Below, piece by piece: positions 38,201 through 47,054 of a stretch of 57,646 nucleotides of DNA. The notes beneath the pieces were generated by a model. It saw only the letters and a list, made by a program, of their open reading frames with translations. It had not been told where the DNA came from and did not search any database. Each line of letters starts with the position of its first letter. Position 1 is the stretch's first letter. Made by a program: the position numbers and the translations under genes. Source of the stretch: Prorocentrum cordatum (Eukaryota); assembly GCA_963575745.1 (NCBI GenBank), contig CAUYUJ010000007.1, positions 62,001 through 119,646 on the forward strand, read 5' to 3'.

Positions 38201-41200
38201 CCTTGTCCGTCGCGTCGCGCTCCAGCAACATCATCTTTGCTGCGGTGCGGATTTGGGACGAACGCCAAGCTATGCCCTTGGCGCCGAGGACCGACATGAG
38301 AACCTCATCGTCGTCCCTGTTAGTCACCTCCGTAAAGTTCAAGATCCGCCCGAAGACAGCCTGCTCCGGGGTCAATCCATTGCGGCTGATCGTGGAGTTT
38401 TTCGCATTGATGATGGCAGCCAGGGCCACAGTAGACATCGACTTGCCCTGGACGTGGAACTCGTGCACCACCTTGCCCCAGATAGCGCCGAGCAATCCTC
38501 CGTGGCGCTCGGCCAGGCCATGCTGCCATGCTGCATGAGCTCCCGTCGTCTTCGTATTAATGCCGAACTGCTCCATCAACGCGTTGAAGTAGCCCTCGAA
38601 CTCGCCGCCCTGATCGATCACGATGTTTTCTGGCACGCCGTAATGCTTGAACCACTCGTTCATGATCTGGCGTGCTACGTGCTTGGCCGTCCTATTCTTG
38701 AGAAGGCAGGCGCAGTGCCATCCCGTACTGGCATCCACCATGCTGAGGACCACCAGCTGCTCCTTGGCCGCGTCCCGTAGGTACTTCACGTCGATCACAA
38801 CCGTCACATTGAAGCCGAATGGTCGCACATCCGCCGTCCCTTGCACCGGACGGGGCGGCGCCTCCGACTCAGCACAAGTCGGACACTGCCAATGCTTCGC
38901 GTATGCCAACGCGTTAGGTGTGGCACCGCCGAGACGCAGCATCTTGATGAACGTCGGTCGGCTGGGGTGTCCAAGACCGCGATGGGCCTTGCGCACAGCA
39001 CGTCGCGTACTTCGCGGAATCTTCATCATGATGTCCTGCCGCACCACCTCTGGAAGCTCCATTTCTGACCAGGAGGCTGCAACCTCCTCCTCCTCCGCAG
39101 GGTGCTGCATGGACTCCTCCTTCACCGTCTTCTGCAGTGCCTCGCGAATCTCTGCTCGAACCTCCTGCGGTGTTTTGCCCCACTCAGGTCTCTCCGAAAC
39201 GTCCCTGGGAACCTCTCCATGACCATGCTCCGCGGGCTCGGGTCCATAACTCCTGGGCTCCTCCGTGGGGTCAGGGAGTTGTGCTGCAGGAAAACTCGAG
39301 TTCTCGAACTGCCAGGCCAAATGATCCGCGGCACCGCTCATCACAGCCGTGCCGAACTCCTCTGCGCAGCTCCCGCGCACGGCCGTGCAAACCCCAGGGT
39401 TCGCCAACACTCTCGTGGTGTCCTTGAGGCAGATTGCGTCCTCGAATGCTGGGTTCGACTTCGTTGCACTCACGGGTGGCTGGCTCCAGATTGTCGATTG
39501 CGCGTGGTCCATTACCATGGCTGCGCGTCCCCTTGCAGCTTGCCACTGCATCACCTCGTCCGTGAACGAGAGCAACATGCGGTACTCGGTCCGCTCTCGG
39601 CGTTGCCGGCGCACTCGCATAGGCCTTCGCTGGTCGACACTCTGCATCCGACTCCATGCCGTAGGAGGTGGGGACAAAGCCACGAAGTCTGGGTCCACTG
39701 CGACCAGGTACGCCCGTGCCTCGTTCCTGCCCTGGACCGTCAGGAGGTCGAACTCTGGCGCTGCGATGGGCTGGTGGGCGTCCCATCCCATGCTCGCCGC
39801 CAGGATCGTGAGTTGGCAAGCCCATGCGAAGACCTCTACGATCCTCCAGGGCCCCGGCCGCCGCCGGGTCTCCTTCTGAAAGGGCAGTGCACGTTCCTCC
39901 TGGTAGTACCTGAGGGCGTCCTGCTCCTGCTGATCAGCCCGAAGCTTCCTGTTCGCCATTTCCTCGGTCATCAGAACCTCCAGCTCCTTCAGGTTGCTCC
40001 GGACGTGCCTGCGAGCACCTTTCGTCATGAAAACCTCGTTGTCCGCGTTCTCCATGAAAACCTCCTCGTCACTCGATGCCGTCTCCGCGGACTCTGGGTC
40101 GCTGGTGTGATAGTGGGATGTGCTCAGCTCTGAGTCGCCTGCGTCCTGGCCGTCGTTGCTGTCAGAATCGTGCGAGTCCTCCTCCTCGACGGTCTCAGCG
40201 ACGCTGCGCTCATCCTTCTCCTCGTGACTCGCAGTTCCGCTGAACATCTCGTCTGCGAGCTCGTCCTGCTCCTCGGACTGTCCGACGGGGAAGGCACTCG
40301 TGACCGGTGCCGGGAAATCCAGCAATGACACGCACGGATGCCCGGACGCAGCCGGGACCAACGGCTTGGTCACACCATTCGCCGTGAAAGTACCGTTCCT
40401 GAAGCTGATTGCTGCGTCCCACTCTGCCATCTCATCAGGGCCGATGAGACCTGGCACCTCGGCATCGACCTCGGAGATCACAACTTCGCCCTGCGTACCG
40501 TTGATGCCGACTGTGTAGCACCACGCACGCTCTGACAAGAGCGGCACGCCTGGGCCGAACTTGAAGTACTCGCGCTGATTGATGCTGTGGTACGGCACGC
40601 CCATGGCATCCAAAGTCTTCTGCAGCTCGACATGCCACGGACGTCCACCGACAGCCCGCTTGCAGCCCGTGTCAATCATAGCCAGCCCCGCGGGCAAGAC
40701 AACAAGCATGACGGACTGCTCATCTACCACCTTGCGGGGGCACTCCTCTCGGGTGGTGACCATGTGGGCCGCAGATCCCCCTTTTGCTGCCCAAGGGTCT
40801 GCGCCCTTTGCTGCCCAGGGGTCCGCGCCCCCTTTGACGGCAACATCCTCCCCAGTCGGGGCGGCAGACGTTAGTCCTGGCACAGCTCCGTCTGGGGTGT
40901 TCTTGGAAGGTTCCCCTTCATCCTTCTTGGGCTTCTCCAGCGTGTAATGAATCACCGACTTCAGCGAACACTTCTTGCACTTCGCGAAGATCACGGTGCC
41001 GTTTGACTGCCACTTCAACTCGCCCACAGGATGAACACATTCAGCCTGCTGCTGCATGAGCTCTGGGTCGAACTTCGCCTTCGGGCCTGGAACCAGCCTC
41101 TCGCCGTCGAACTGCGAGTCGTACATGGCTCGATGCATCTGCTGCTTCTCCAGGTCACTCTGCGTGGCACCGACACTCATGACGTAGCTCCGTCCAGAGG

Positions 41201-44200
41201 CGGTGACTACACGCGGGACTCCAGATGCAGCTGAAGATGCCGTCGCAGCGGCAGGGGCACCTGAGCTCGCGGCTCCTGGAGGCGCTGGAAGGTGGACACG
41301 CCGTCGTATTGCCTCCATGTTCTTCCACACGCTTCCGACTCCCTGCTGCTCAGGAGATGTGGGCAGGGCACGCTCTGGCAGAGGTGCCTGCTCACGTCGC
41401 TTCTGTAGGCCGTCGTAGACCTCGCATGGGTTCAATCGGGCGTGCATCTCCATCTCCTGTTTCTCTATCAGCGCGAGGCGATCCAGCAACTCAGCTTTAT
41501 CACGCTGCAAAACCTCTAGTCGCTTCTTTTCCTCGCTCTTTCTCACTTCCTCGGAGGCTCCTGCCATGACCCAGTCCTCTTCCTTAGGGACAGCGGCGGC
41601 CTCCCCAGTCGGAGCGGCAGACGTTAGTCCAGGCACAGCTCCGTCTGGGGATTCTTTGGTCTTCGATGCTCCCTTTGCCGACGCCTCCACCACGTATACG
41701 GGATGGGCCCTCGCAGGGCCGCTGGATAAGGAGAAATCTGGCTTCTCGCAGCGGCGCGTGTAGAGATTGAGGCGCACGATGCGATCGTTCTTAGTGATGA
41801 AGTGGATGGTTGCCGGCGGCGTCAGGTAATCCCTGAAGATATCCTGACGCGGATACCAGCTGCAGAAGATCTCGTCCATCTCCTCTGGCGTGAACGGCAC
41901 CTCCTTATCCTCACGCCGCTGGTCGTTGTCGTCCTCGGTGGCCTCAGGATCCTCGCTGGCCTCGTCCTCGTTCTTCACCTCCTTGCTGCTTCTTGCCTTC
42001 TTTCTCTCTTTCTTCTCTTCTTTGCTGCTCCTCGCCTTCTTCTTCTTCTCTTTCTTTTCTTCCTTTTCTTCCTTCTCACCGCGGTCTTCTGGTGGACTCC
42101 GCTTCTCTTTCTTCACACCGCGGCCTCCTGGTGTACTCCGCGACCTTGAACGCGAGGAAGCCTCCGCCTCGGGCGGAGGAGGGGCGCGAGGCTCGCGAAG
42201 AACAGCTCCCCGATCACGCTGGCGGTCGCCCCGACGATCTCGATGATGATCTTCACGCTGCTTGGTGTCACGACTCCCGCCTTCACCGCGCCGATCGCCA
42301 CGGGGCTTGGTATCACGATTGCCGCCCATCACGATCTTGAATATAGTTGCCGTGATCTCGTCGAGATCCACCTCAGCCGCCGTACAAGGCCTCGATGTGG
42401 TCAGCTGCAGGCGCACGAGCCGACCCTGGACGAAGTCGAGGCTCTCGAAGCGGCCTTGCTTGAAGAAGATAGGCTTCTTGTTCGTCACGCGCTCCACGAT
42501 GTGATGGACCGTGGCAAGGTCAGGAAACTCCAACTCCACGCTGTGCCCCTTTGCGTGGGTGTTGGCCAGAATGCGATGGCAACGCACGACAGCATCCTCG
42601 CCCTCCTGATCCTCCCCGCGCCTGGCACGGGCGCGCGCGCGTTCATCACTGCTCTGTGCGGCCCCTGGGCCGTCATCGGCGTCCTGGCGTAGGCTCGGCG
42701 CAGGCATGCTGTTGGGCCTGGGGTGCATAATGATCCGCTCTGGCGCGTCCGCTCGACCCTCCACTGGACGCCTCTGGGCAGGCGCCGACTGGGGAGCACG
42801 GCGCCATGGAGCGCGGCCACGACGCTCCTCGGCACTGCCTGCCATGCCAACCCAGTGGACGATCGGCCCATGCACCTGCCTAGGCGCCGGCGGCTTCACA
42901 GAGGTCCGCTGGTTGGGCGACGCTGGCTGGCCATTCTTAGGCCCGATCTTGTTGTACGGCTCGCGCTCGCCACTCTTCACCTTGGGGCACTCCGGGTCGC
43001 CACGCCAGTGGCCAGGCTGATCGCAGTCAGCACACCGGCTGTTAGCCTTGCGCTGGTCTGTCGGCTTCCGACCAGCCTGGAAGGAGCCGCTAGCGTTGAT
43101 CTTCTTGGGGTCCCGCTGCCGAGGAGCAACGAACCCGCGCTTCTGACGCTGTACCGCCGTCTTCTGCTTGGCCCTCCAGCCGGCCAAGAACGCTTCCTGA
43201 AGATCCTCCGGTGCCTCGTACTCCTCGTCGTCAGGCCCGTCGTTGTCCGACACCAGCTCCTCGTCGACCTCAGCGCCGTCCTCGAAGAGGGTGCCCTCGG
43301 CCCCTCCATGGTCTCCATCGTCCTGGTCGTCTGCTTCATCTTCGTCATGATGCGCCTCCTCGAGGTCGCCGTGGTGTTCATCGTAGTCTTCGCCGTTCTC
43401 TACCTCGTGTACGTGCTGGCCAGGGCGTCCTCGCAGCACGCATGGCCTACGAGCCATGGGAGGGTGCGGATAGCGACCGCCCGAACTCCCAGAGGAGCGC
43501 CCGTGCTCACGCTGCGCCGCAAACGGCGAGCGGCGAGGGAGCACTGAGCGCTTCTCGGTGTCGTGCACCTTCGAATAGGCTGCCTTCAGCACAACCTCCA
43601 TCCGCTTCGAGTCGTAGATGCCGCCACAGTTGAAGAGCACCTGCGCTCGCTCCTTCTGCGACAGTCCAGCGCCACGAAGCATCTTGCTTGCCAATGCGCG
43701 ATCGCTGATCGCTGATGTGGGATCCTCGAGCTGCAACTCCATGCGCTTCTTGCGCAGGTACGTGGTCCAATCCATGATCGGCTGCCCAGCTCGACGGTGT
43801 GCTCGCTCCCAATCCTGATGCACCTGATCGAGGCGCTCGTGATCCATCTTCTCGAAGGCGTCGTCGTAGATAGCAAAGATGGTCTCGAGCGTCTCCTCGC
43901 GTCGGAGGTCCGACGCGTCAAGCACCTCGATGAGCTCTTTGGCTCGACCTGTCACTTGACTGTAGATGATCAGGCCCAGCTCCACGTCTGAGAGCTGATT
44001 GAGGTTGCGGATGACTTCAACCTCCTTGCGCCACTCTCGGTACTTCTTAGTACTCGTACCGACTCCACCATCGAACTCTGGGAGCCTCACCTGCGACAGC
44101 AGTAGACGTGTACGTCTGGGACCGCCGTCGCCACGATCCCGATGCAAGGCCAAGAGCTCCCGCTGGGTCTCGGCCATCACGCGCAGGACTGCATGCAGGT

Positions 44201-44264
44201 CCGGGGGACCTGTGCCTGCGGAGGACGCAGCCTCCACGTCTGAGCCGTCGTGGCTGGTGGCCAT
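35262..44264 (-). CDS. Copia Gag-Pol polyprotein, 3000 aa (Gag, zinc knuckle, aspartic protease, DNMT-like domain, integrase, RT, RNase H)
   Basis: Gag LPEFDG; knuckle CADCDQPGHWRGDPEC (~42990-43035); protease MIDTGC (~40670); integrase HRGLGH...CPTC, VIDVKY, VIDQGGEF, GLAERHGG (~38000-38990); RT KSRLII, FDVATAFL, KGAYGLTEAPRLWY, LHVDD (~36100-36900); RNase H MDASFA, STMAAE, TDAKSLYD, LADVLTK (~35440-35910). No stops or frameshifts. Confidence 0.97.
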   Translation of the reverse strand: MATSHDGSDVEAASSAGTGPPDLHAVLRVMAETQRELLALHRDRGDGGPRRTRLLLSQVRLPEFDGGVGTSTKKYREWRKEVEVIRNLNQLSDVELGLIIYSQVTGRAKELIEVLDASDLRREETLETIFAIYDDAFEKMDHERLDQVHQDWERAHRRAGQPIMDWTTYLRKKRMELQLEDPTSAISDRALASKMLRGAGLSQKERAQVLFNCGGIYDSKRMEVVLKAAYSKVHDTEKRSVLPRRSPFAAQREHGRSSGSSGGRYPHPPMARRPCVLRGRPGQHVHEVENGEDYDEHHGDLEEAHHDEDEADDQDDGDHGGAEGTLFEDGAEVDEELVSDNDGPDDEEYEAPEDLQEAFLAGWRAKQKTAVQRQKRGFVAPRQRDPKKINASGSFQAGRKPTDQRKANSRCADCDQPGHWRGDPECPKVKSGEREPYNKIGPKNGQPASPNQRTSVKPPAPRQVHGPIVHWVGMAGSAEERRGRAPWRRAPQSAPAQRRPVEGRADAPERIIMHPRPNSMPAPSLRQDADDGPGAAQSSDERARARARRGEDQEGEDAVVRCHRILANTHAKGHSVELEFPDLATVHHIVERVTNKKPIFFKQGRFESLDFVQGRLVRLQLTTSRPCTAAEVDLDEITATIFKIVMGGNRDTKPRGDRRGEGGSRDTKQREDHHRDRRGDRQRDRGAVLREPRAPPPPEAEASSRSRSRSTPGGRGVKKEKRSPPEDRGEKEEKEEKKEKKKKARSSKEEKKERKKARSSKEVKNEDEASEDPEATEDDNDQRREDKEVPFTPEEMDEIFCSWYPRQDIFRDYLTPPATIHFITKNDRIVRLNLYTRRCEKPDFSLSSGPARAHPVYVVEASAKGASKTKESPDGAVPGLTSAAPTGEAAAVPKEEDWVMAGASEEVRKSEEKKRLEVLQRDKAELLDRLALIEKQEMEMHARLNPCEVYDGLQKRREQAPLPERALPTSPEQQGVGSVWKNMEAIRRRVHLPAPPGAASSGAPAAATASSAASGVPRVVTASGRSYVMSVGATQSDLEKQQMHRAMYDSQFDGERLVPGPKAKFDPELMQQQAECVHPVGELKWQSNGTVIFAKCKKCSLKSVIHYTLEKPKKDEGEPSKNTPDGAVPGLTSAAPTGEDVAVKGGADPWAAKGADPWAAKGGSAAHMVTTREECPRKVVDEQSVMLVVLPAGLAMIDTGCKRAVGGRPWHVELQKTLDAMGVPYHSINQREYFKFGPGVPLLSERAWCYTVGINGTQGEVVISEVDAEVPGLIGPDEMAEWDAAISFRNGTFTANGVTKPLVPAASGHPCVSLLDFPAPVTSAFPVGQSEEQDELADEMFSGTASHEEKDERSVAETVEEEDSHDSDSNDGQDAGDSELSTSHYHTSDPESAETASSDEEVFMENADNEVFMTKGARRHVRSNLKELEVLMTEEMANRKLRADQQEQDALRYYQEERALPFQKETRRRPGPWRIVEVFAWACQLTILAASMGWDAHQPIAAPEFDLLTVQGRNEARAYLVAVDPDFVALSPPPTAWSRMQSVDQRRPMRVRRQRRERTEYRMLLSFTDEVMQWQAARGRAAMVMDHAQSTIWSQPPVSATKSNPAFEDAICLKDTTRVLANPGVCTAVRGSCAEEFGTAVMSGAADHLAWQFENSSFPAAQLPDPTEEPRSYGPEPAEHGHGEVPRDVSERPEWGKTPQEVRAEIREALQKTVKEESMQHPAEEEEVAASWSEMELPEVVRQDIMMKIPRSTRRAVRKAHRGLGHPSRPTFIKMLRLGGATPNALAYAKHWQCPTCAESEAPPRPVQGTADVRPFGFNVTVVIDVKYLRDAAKEQLVVLSMVDASTGWHCACLLKNRTAKHVARQIMNEWFKHYGVPENIVIDQGGEFEGYFNALMEQFGINTKTTGAHAAWQHGLAERHGGLLGAIWGKVVHEFHVQGKSMSTVALAAIINAKNSTISRNGLTPEQAVFGRILNFTEVTNRDDDEVLMSVLGAKGIAWRSSQIRTAAKMMLLERDATDKVRRALLRQAPTVVGDLCPGSRVYFWAPNPFKGRRRQDPERWRGPATVIAKESNSRYYVSWRGHVLLVAREQLRHASSQEAAAAESIQTDVRLTQQRDDRAHHDIVDVTPKVKVQKVKKTFLKKERDRHGELEGSRQPRVDLRALDAIEAQAKEEEPPEQQQLPQLPPPKRERSRSPPGRISSEVYPKASPGASGSGGPSVPPIPRDDFELERKRKFLVDDVPICIKKTRLQAAPTSGLPALREVAMNAVVHSGPQEWFDQNALDGVSTLVQKVVRGVRVHREPRRRLYDHDRHRECNRLSVMLSATGQCAYKDDGANRTNERTEDSWVGLTLFYHDKPDAHAQGVYYLDTPEGLVRQPMTYEEWINVSSVYDAWLQEARYEHDVFALVMKQNAKELDPRHFNQHEKAKFDEADAAEWRQWIANNTVELVTEEEEKSIPKDKIISVPMRSVRTNRGRGPELEAKSRLIIPGHLDPQLGLFRTDSPTTSPLAVLVCASITMAMDWTFECFDVATAFLSGLKLERELYVRAPKDGLPAVDGAGWPAVRPCALLRLLKGAYGLTEAPRLWYLRARQVLTDEVGFVELRCARAVFVYRMKDKLIAMLTLHVDDGMLFGDPHEPQYQEVKANINSRFNIKHWKKGNDKEAIAYLGEEWWRHPDHIEISMHEYVGKLTKHPLARGDNEERGMTPEEHHDYRSLLQKVRWPVARVVPQLAYSVSALAQKDPKGRRLLRLRVLNDIIDRLQDYDKRGLATLRIRRVDIERLQVLTLMDASFAKEPGCKSQMGFMSMIADTRVLKELTVCCLVEFQSSTITRVVGSTMAAESAAMSVALDRQLYLRLLIEAILYGEPPLQGDWRLALKVPGALVTDAKSLYDHTSKIGSMPVSRQTLIDLLVAKDLIEQEAIKFKWLPNSHMLADVLTKAVQPNEVLSQFLRHGLFSMVPTAEQEDEEAHRLRLRRGQRERAKERKAQRRVAVPGPASP
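39330..39850 (-). other. Degenerate C5 cytosine DNA methyltransferase-like domain within Pol
   Basis: Spaced motif remnants: IVEVFAW (motif I FxG-like), FDLL (III-like), PDFVALSPPPTAWS (IV; Pro at the catalytic Cys position), AMVMDHAQSTIW (VI ENP-like). Confidence 0.7.
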
Positions 44265-44330
44265 GGCGGCCCACGCGGGTGGTCACAACCACCGAAGCAG
44301 AGCACGCAGTGCGTCCGCTGGAGCTTACTA

Positions 44331-44342
44331 GCTCCGCTACCA
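44331..44342 (-). promoter_or_regulatory. Primer-binding site, probably initiator tRNA-Met
   Basis: Minus strand TGGTAGCGGAGC lies 1 nt after the 5' LTR and is complementary to a tRNA 3' end GCUCCGCU-A-CCA. U72 fits the A1:U72 pair of eukaryotic initiator tRNAs. Confidence 0.85.
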
Positions 44343-44343
44343 A

Positions 44344-44526
44344 TGTCAGTGCAGTTGTTTTCAGCAAAGACCGCGCGGCAGTCCAACTGCGGGTGCGTCC
44401 CAGGGCCCTAGGACTAGGGCCAAAACAGCGGCGGGCAGCGTGCATGCCACAAAACAAGACAAGCGTGTACAACATACACACATGGTGGCACGGGCGGCAG
44501 AGGGGCAGGGGAGTGCACTCTTCACA
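44344..44526 (-). repeat. 5' LTR of the copia element
   Basis: 183 bp TG...CA; differs from the other LTR only at CCCA(C/G)GGCC and AAGCG(C/T)GTAC. Confidence 0.97.
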
Positions 44527-45130
44527 CCAGGGTGCCCAACAAAGGCCCCCGGATGCCCGGAGGCCGAAGACGGCCAAAAATATCCCGTCATGACTTCCTC
44601 ATCGATCATTGCACCGACTTTGCAGACGTGCCGCGGCGGATTGTTGCGCGGATTTCTTCAGCGCAAACCCCGAAACGGCGAACGAAAAACGACGCGAACT
44701 TCACGTGGATGGCTTGTGATCTTCACTGCCTGCCAAGAAGAATCCGCCCGAAAGTCGCTCCGAAATCCGGAACGAGAATCTCCAAGCCAAGCCACTCCGG
44801 GCCCATCCCACTGCTTTCCGAGCGAAATCCGCTCTGCGGTGTTGGCGCCATGACGTCGGGCGCGAGGATGCGCAGGGACGACGACGGGACCACCGCGCCG
44901 GGACGAGGCCCCGCGCGCCTGCCAGCTGCCTCGAGCAGGCACGCCACACCGACGCTCTTGCCGAGTGCGGCGATGCGCGGGTGGCCTGGGCCGGCGGCGG
45001 CCCTCCGACAAGGGAGGGGGAGGAGGAGGAGGAGGAGGAGGAGGAGGAGGAGGAGGAGGAGGAGGAGGAGGAGGAGGAGGAGGAGGAGGAGGAGGGGGAG
45101 GAGGAGGAGGGGGGAGGGGGAGCAGGAATA

Positions 45131-45277
45131 GGGAAACGAACAATGACATAAGCATGATAACTCGGAGGTCTGCGCTGGTTTCTCGGGTCGGCGCTGGGGC
45201 CCCCCCCCTGGCGCGCTCCGCGCGCCAGGGAAGGGGGTCCAGCGCGGATCCAAGAAATCCGCGCGGCTCCGAGTTTT
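45131..45277. mobile_element. MITE family 2, copy 3, right arm interrupted
   Basis: TA|GGGAAACGAACAATGACATAAGCATGATAACTCGGAGGTC ... GCGCGGATCCAAGAAATCCGCGCGGCTCCGAGTTTT, then the Helentron-like element. A possible remainder TAATTTTCCGTTCCCCT lies at ~46484-46500. Confidence 0.7.
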
Positions 45278-46480
45278 CCCCAACCATCCTGTGGTGTTGG
45301 GTCCTCGTTTTGAAGAGACGGTCCCCGCGTTCCTCCCTCCTTCCTTTCTCCTCCTTCCCCTCCTCCCTCCTCCCCCTCCTTCCTGCGTTTCACCCACCCA
45401 GTACAACGCTTCGTGGCCCCATGGGGAGCTCCACCGAAGCCCCCAGTGGGACCGCCCGCATGCGTCCCCCACACCCAGTTTGGCACACCCCTCATACGTT
45501 TCGTGGCCCCATAGGGAGCTCCACCGAAGCCCCCAATGGGACCGCCCGCATGCGTCCCCCACGCCCAATGTGGCACACCCCTCACACGTTTGGTGGCCCC
45601 ATCGGGAGCTCCACCGAAGCCCCCAATGGGAACGCCCACATGCGTCCCCCACACCCAATTTGGCACACCCCTCACACGTTTCGTGGTCCCATAGGGAACT
45701 CCACCGAAGCCCCCAGTGGGATCTCCCGCAGAAGTCCCCCACAACAAAAACAAGTTGGCACACCCCTCACACGTTTCGTGGCCTCATAGGGAGCTCCACC
45801 GAAGCCCCCAGTGGGACCGACCCAATTTGGCACACCCCTCACGAGTTTCGTGACCTCATAGGGAGCTCCACCGAAGCCCCCAGTGGGACCGCCCGCATGC
45901 GTCCCCCCCAAAAAAACAATTTGGCACACCCCTCACACGTTTTGTGGCCCCATCGGGAGCTCCACCGAAGGCGCCAGTGGCTGCGTTCGCATGCGTCCCC
46001 GAAACCCAATTTGGCACACCCCTCACGCGGTTCGTGATCTCATAGGGAGCTCCACCGAAGCCCTGAGTGCCACCGCCCGCATGCGTCACCCACACGCATG
46101 TCGTCACACCCCTCACGCGCGCGTTTCGTGGCCCCATAGGGAGCTCCAACGAAGGCCCTGGTGCCACCGCCCGCATGCGTCACCAACGCCCACTCCGGCA
46201 CACCCCTCACGCGTTTCGTGGCCCCATCGGGAGCTCCAACGAAGGCGCCAATGGCTGCGTTCGCATGCGCCCACCGCACCCATTTCGGCACACCCCTCAC
46301 ACGTTTCGCGGCCCCATAGGGAGCTCCACCGACGGCCCCAGTGGCTGCTTTCGCTTGCGCCCACCAGAAAAAAGTTGGCACACCCCTCACACCTTTCGTG
46401 GCCCTACAGGGAGCTCCTCCGAACGCGGTGCATACAACGACGGCATTCACACTGCATATGGTTGGGTCATTCGCCAGGCT
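45278..46480 (+). mobile_element. Helentron/Helitron2-like non-autonomous element, best-preserved copy, ~11 x 90-bp units
   Basis: TTTT|CCCCAACCATCCTGTGGTGTTGGG (terminal hairpin) ... CCT tract ... 90-bp array (units at 45491, 45581, 45671) ... CATATGGTTGGGTCATTCGCCAGGCT (subterminal inverted repeat). Confidence 0.65.
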
Positions 46481-47054
46481 AACTAATTTTCCGTTCCCCT
46501 GGGAAAGTGATGACGTGGACGGAGGGGAGAAACGGGACGAGGATGAGAAAGGGCACGCCGAGACGGAAAACACGGAGACGAGGACACAAGGAAGGGAGAG
46601 GAGCAGAAACTGGATCAGCAGATACAGGGCAGGAAGGGGAGGACTGGGCGGCGCACACAACTGGGTGGCGCGAGGAGGCGGGGGGACTCTAAGAACGCTG
46701 GGGGGTTCTCGCAGCCCCCCCCACAGCTTCTACGAGGCCCTCTCAGAAACGCACGAACCTCTCTACAACGGCCCCTGCCTTCGTAAAACCCCTGGTCTTC
46801 TTGTCGTCTTGCATGTCCAGCCCCCTCGCGCCACCGAGCTGCGCGCCGCCGAAGAGGACGAGGACAGAAGACGGGAGCGGGACGGCAAGGACGAAGGGGG
46901 CGATGAGACGAATGAGGGGAAGAACGAGGAGAAGAAGGAGAAGGTAGCGGTCCTCCTTTGTCCTCCACCTCATCTTCCTCGGTCGGATGCTCTCCAAATA
47001 CCACGACAATTGAAGGAACGTTCCCGAATTGAGACTACTAGGAGGCAGATCAAA

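Larger units (their letters stand above)
34750..44526 (-). mobile_element. Full-length Ty1/copia LTR retrotransposon (9777 bp)
   Basis: Two 183-bp TG...CA LTRs with 2 mismatches, a 5-bp TSD CCAGG (34745-34749 and 44527-44531), a PBS, and a single ORF in copia order PR-IN-RT-RH. Confidence 0.97.

Noticed and set aside
35314..44331. Many plus-strand and alternate-frame ORFs overlapping the copia ORF
   Set aside because: Antisense or shadow frames of a GC3-rich coding sequence; no independent motifs.
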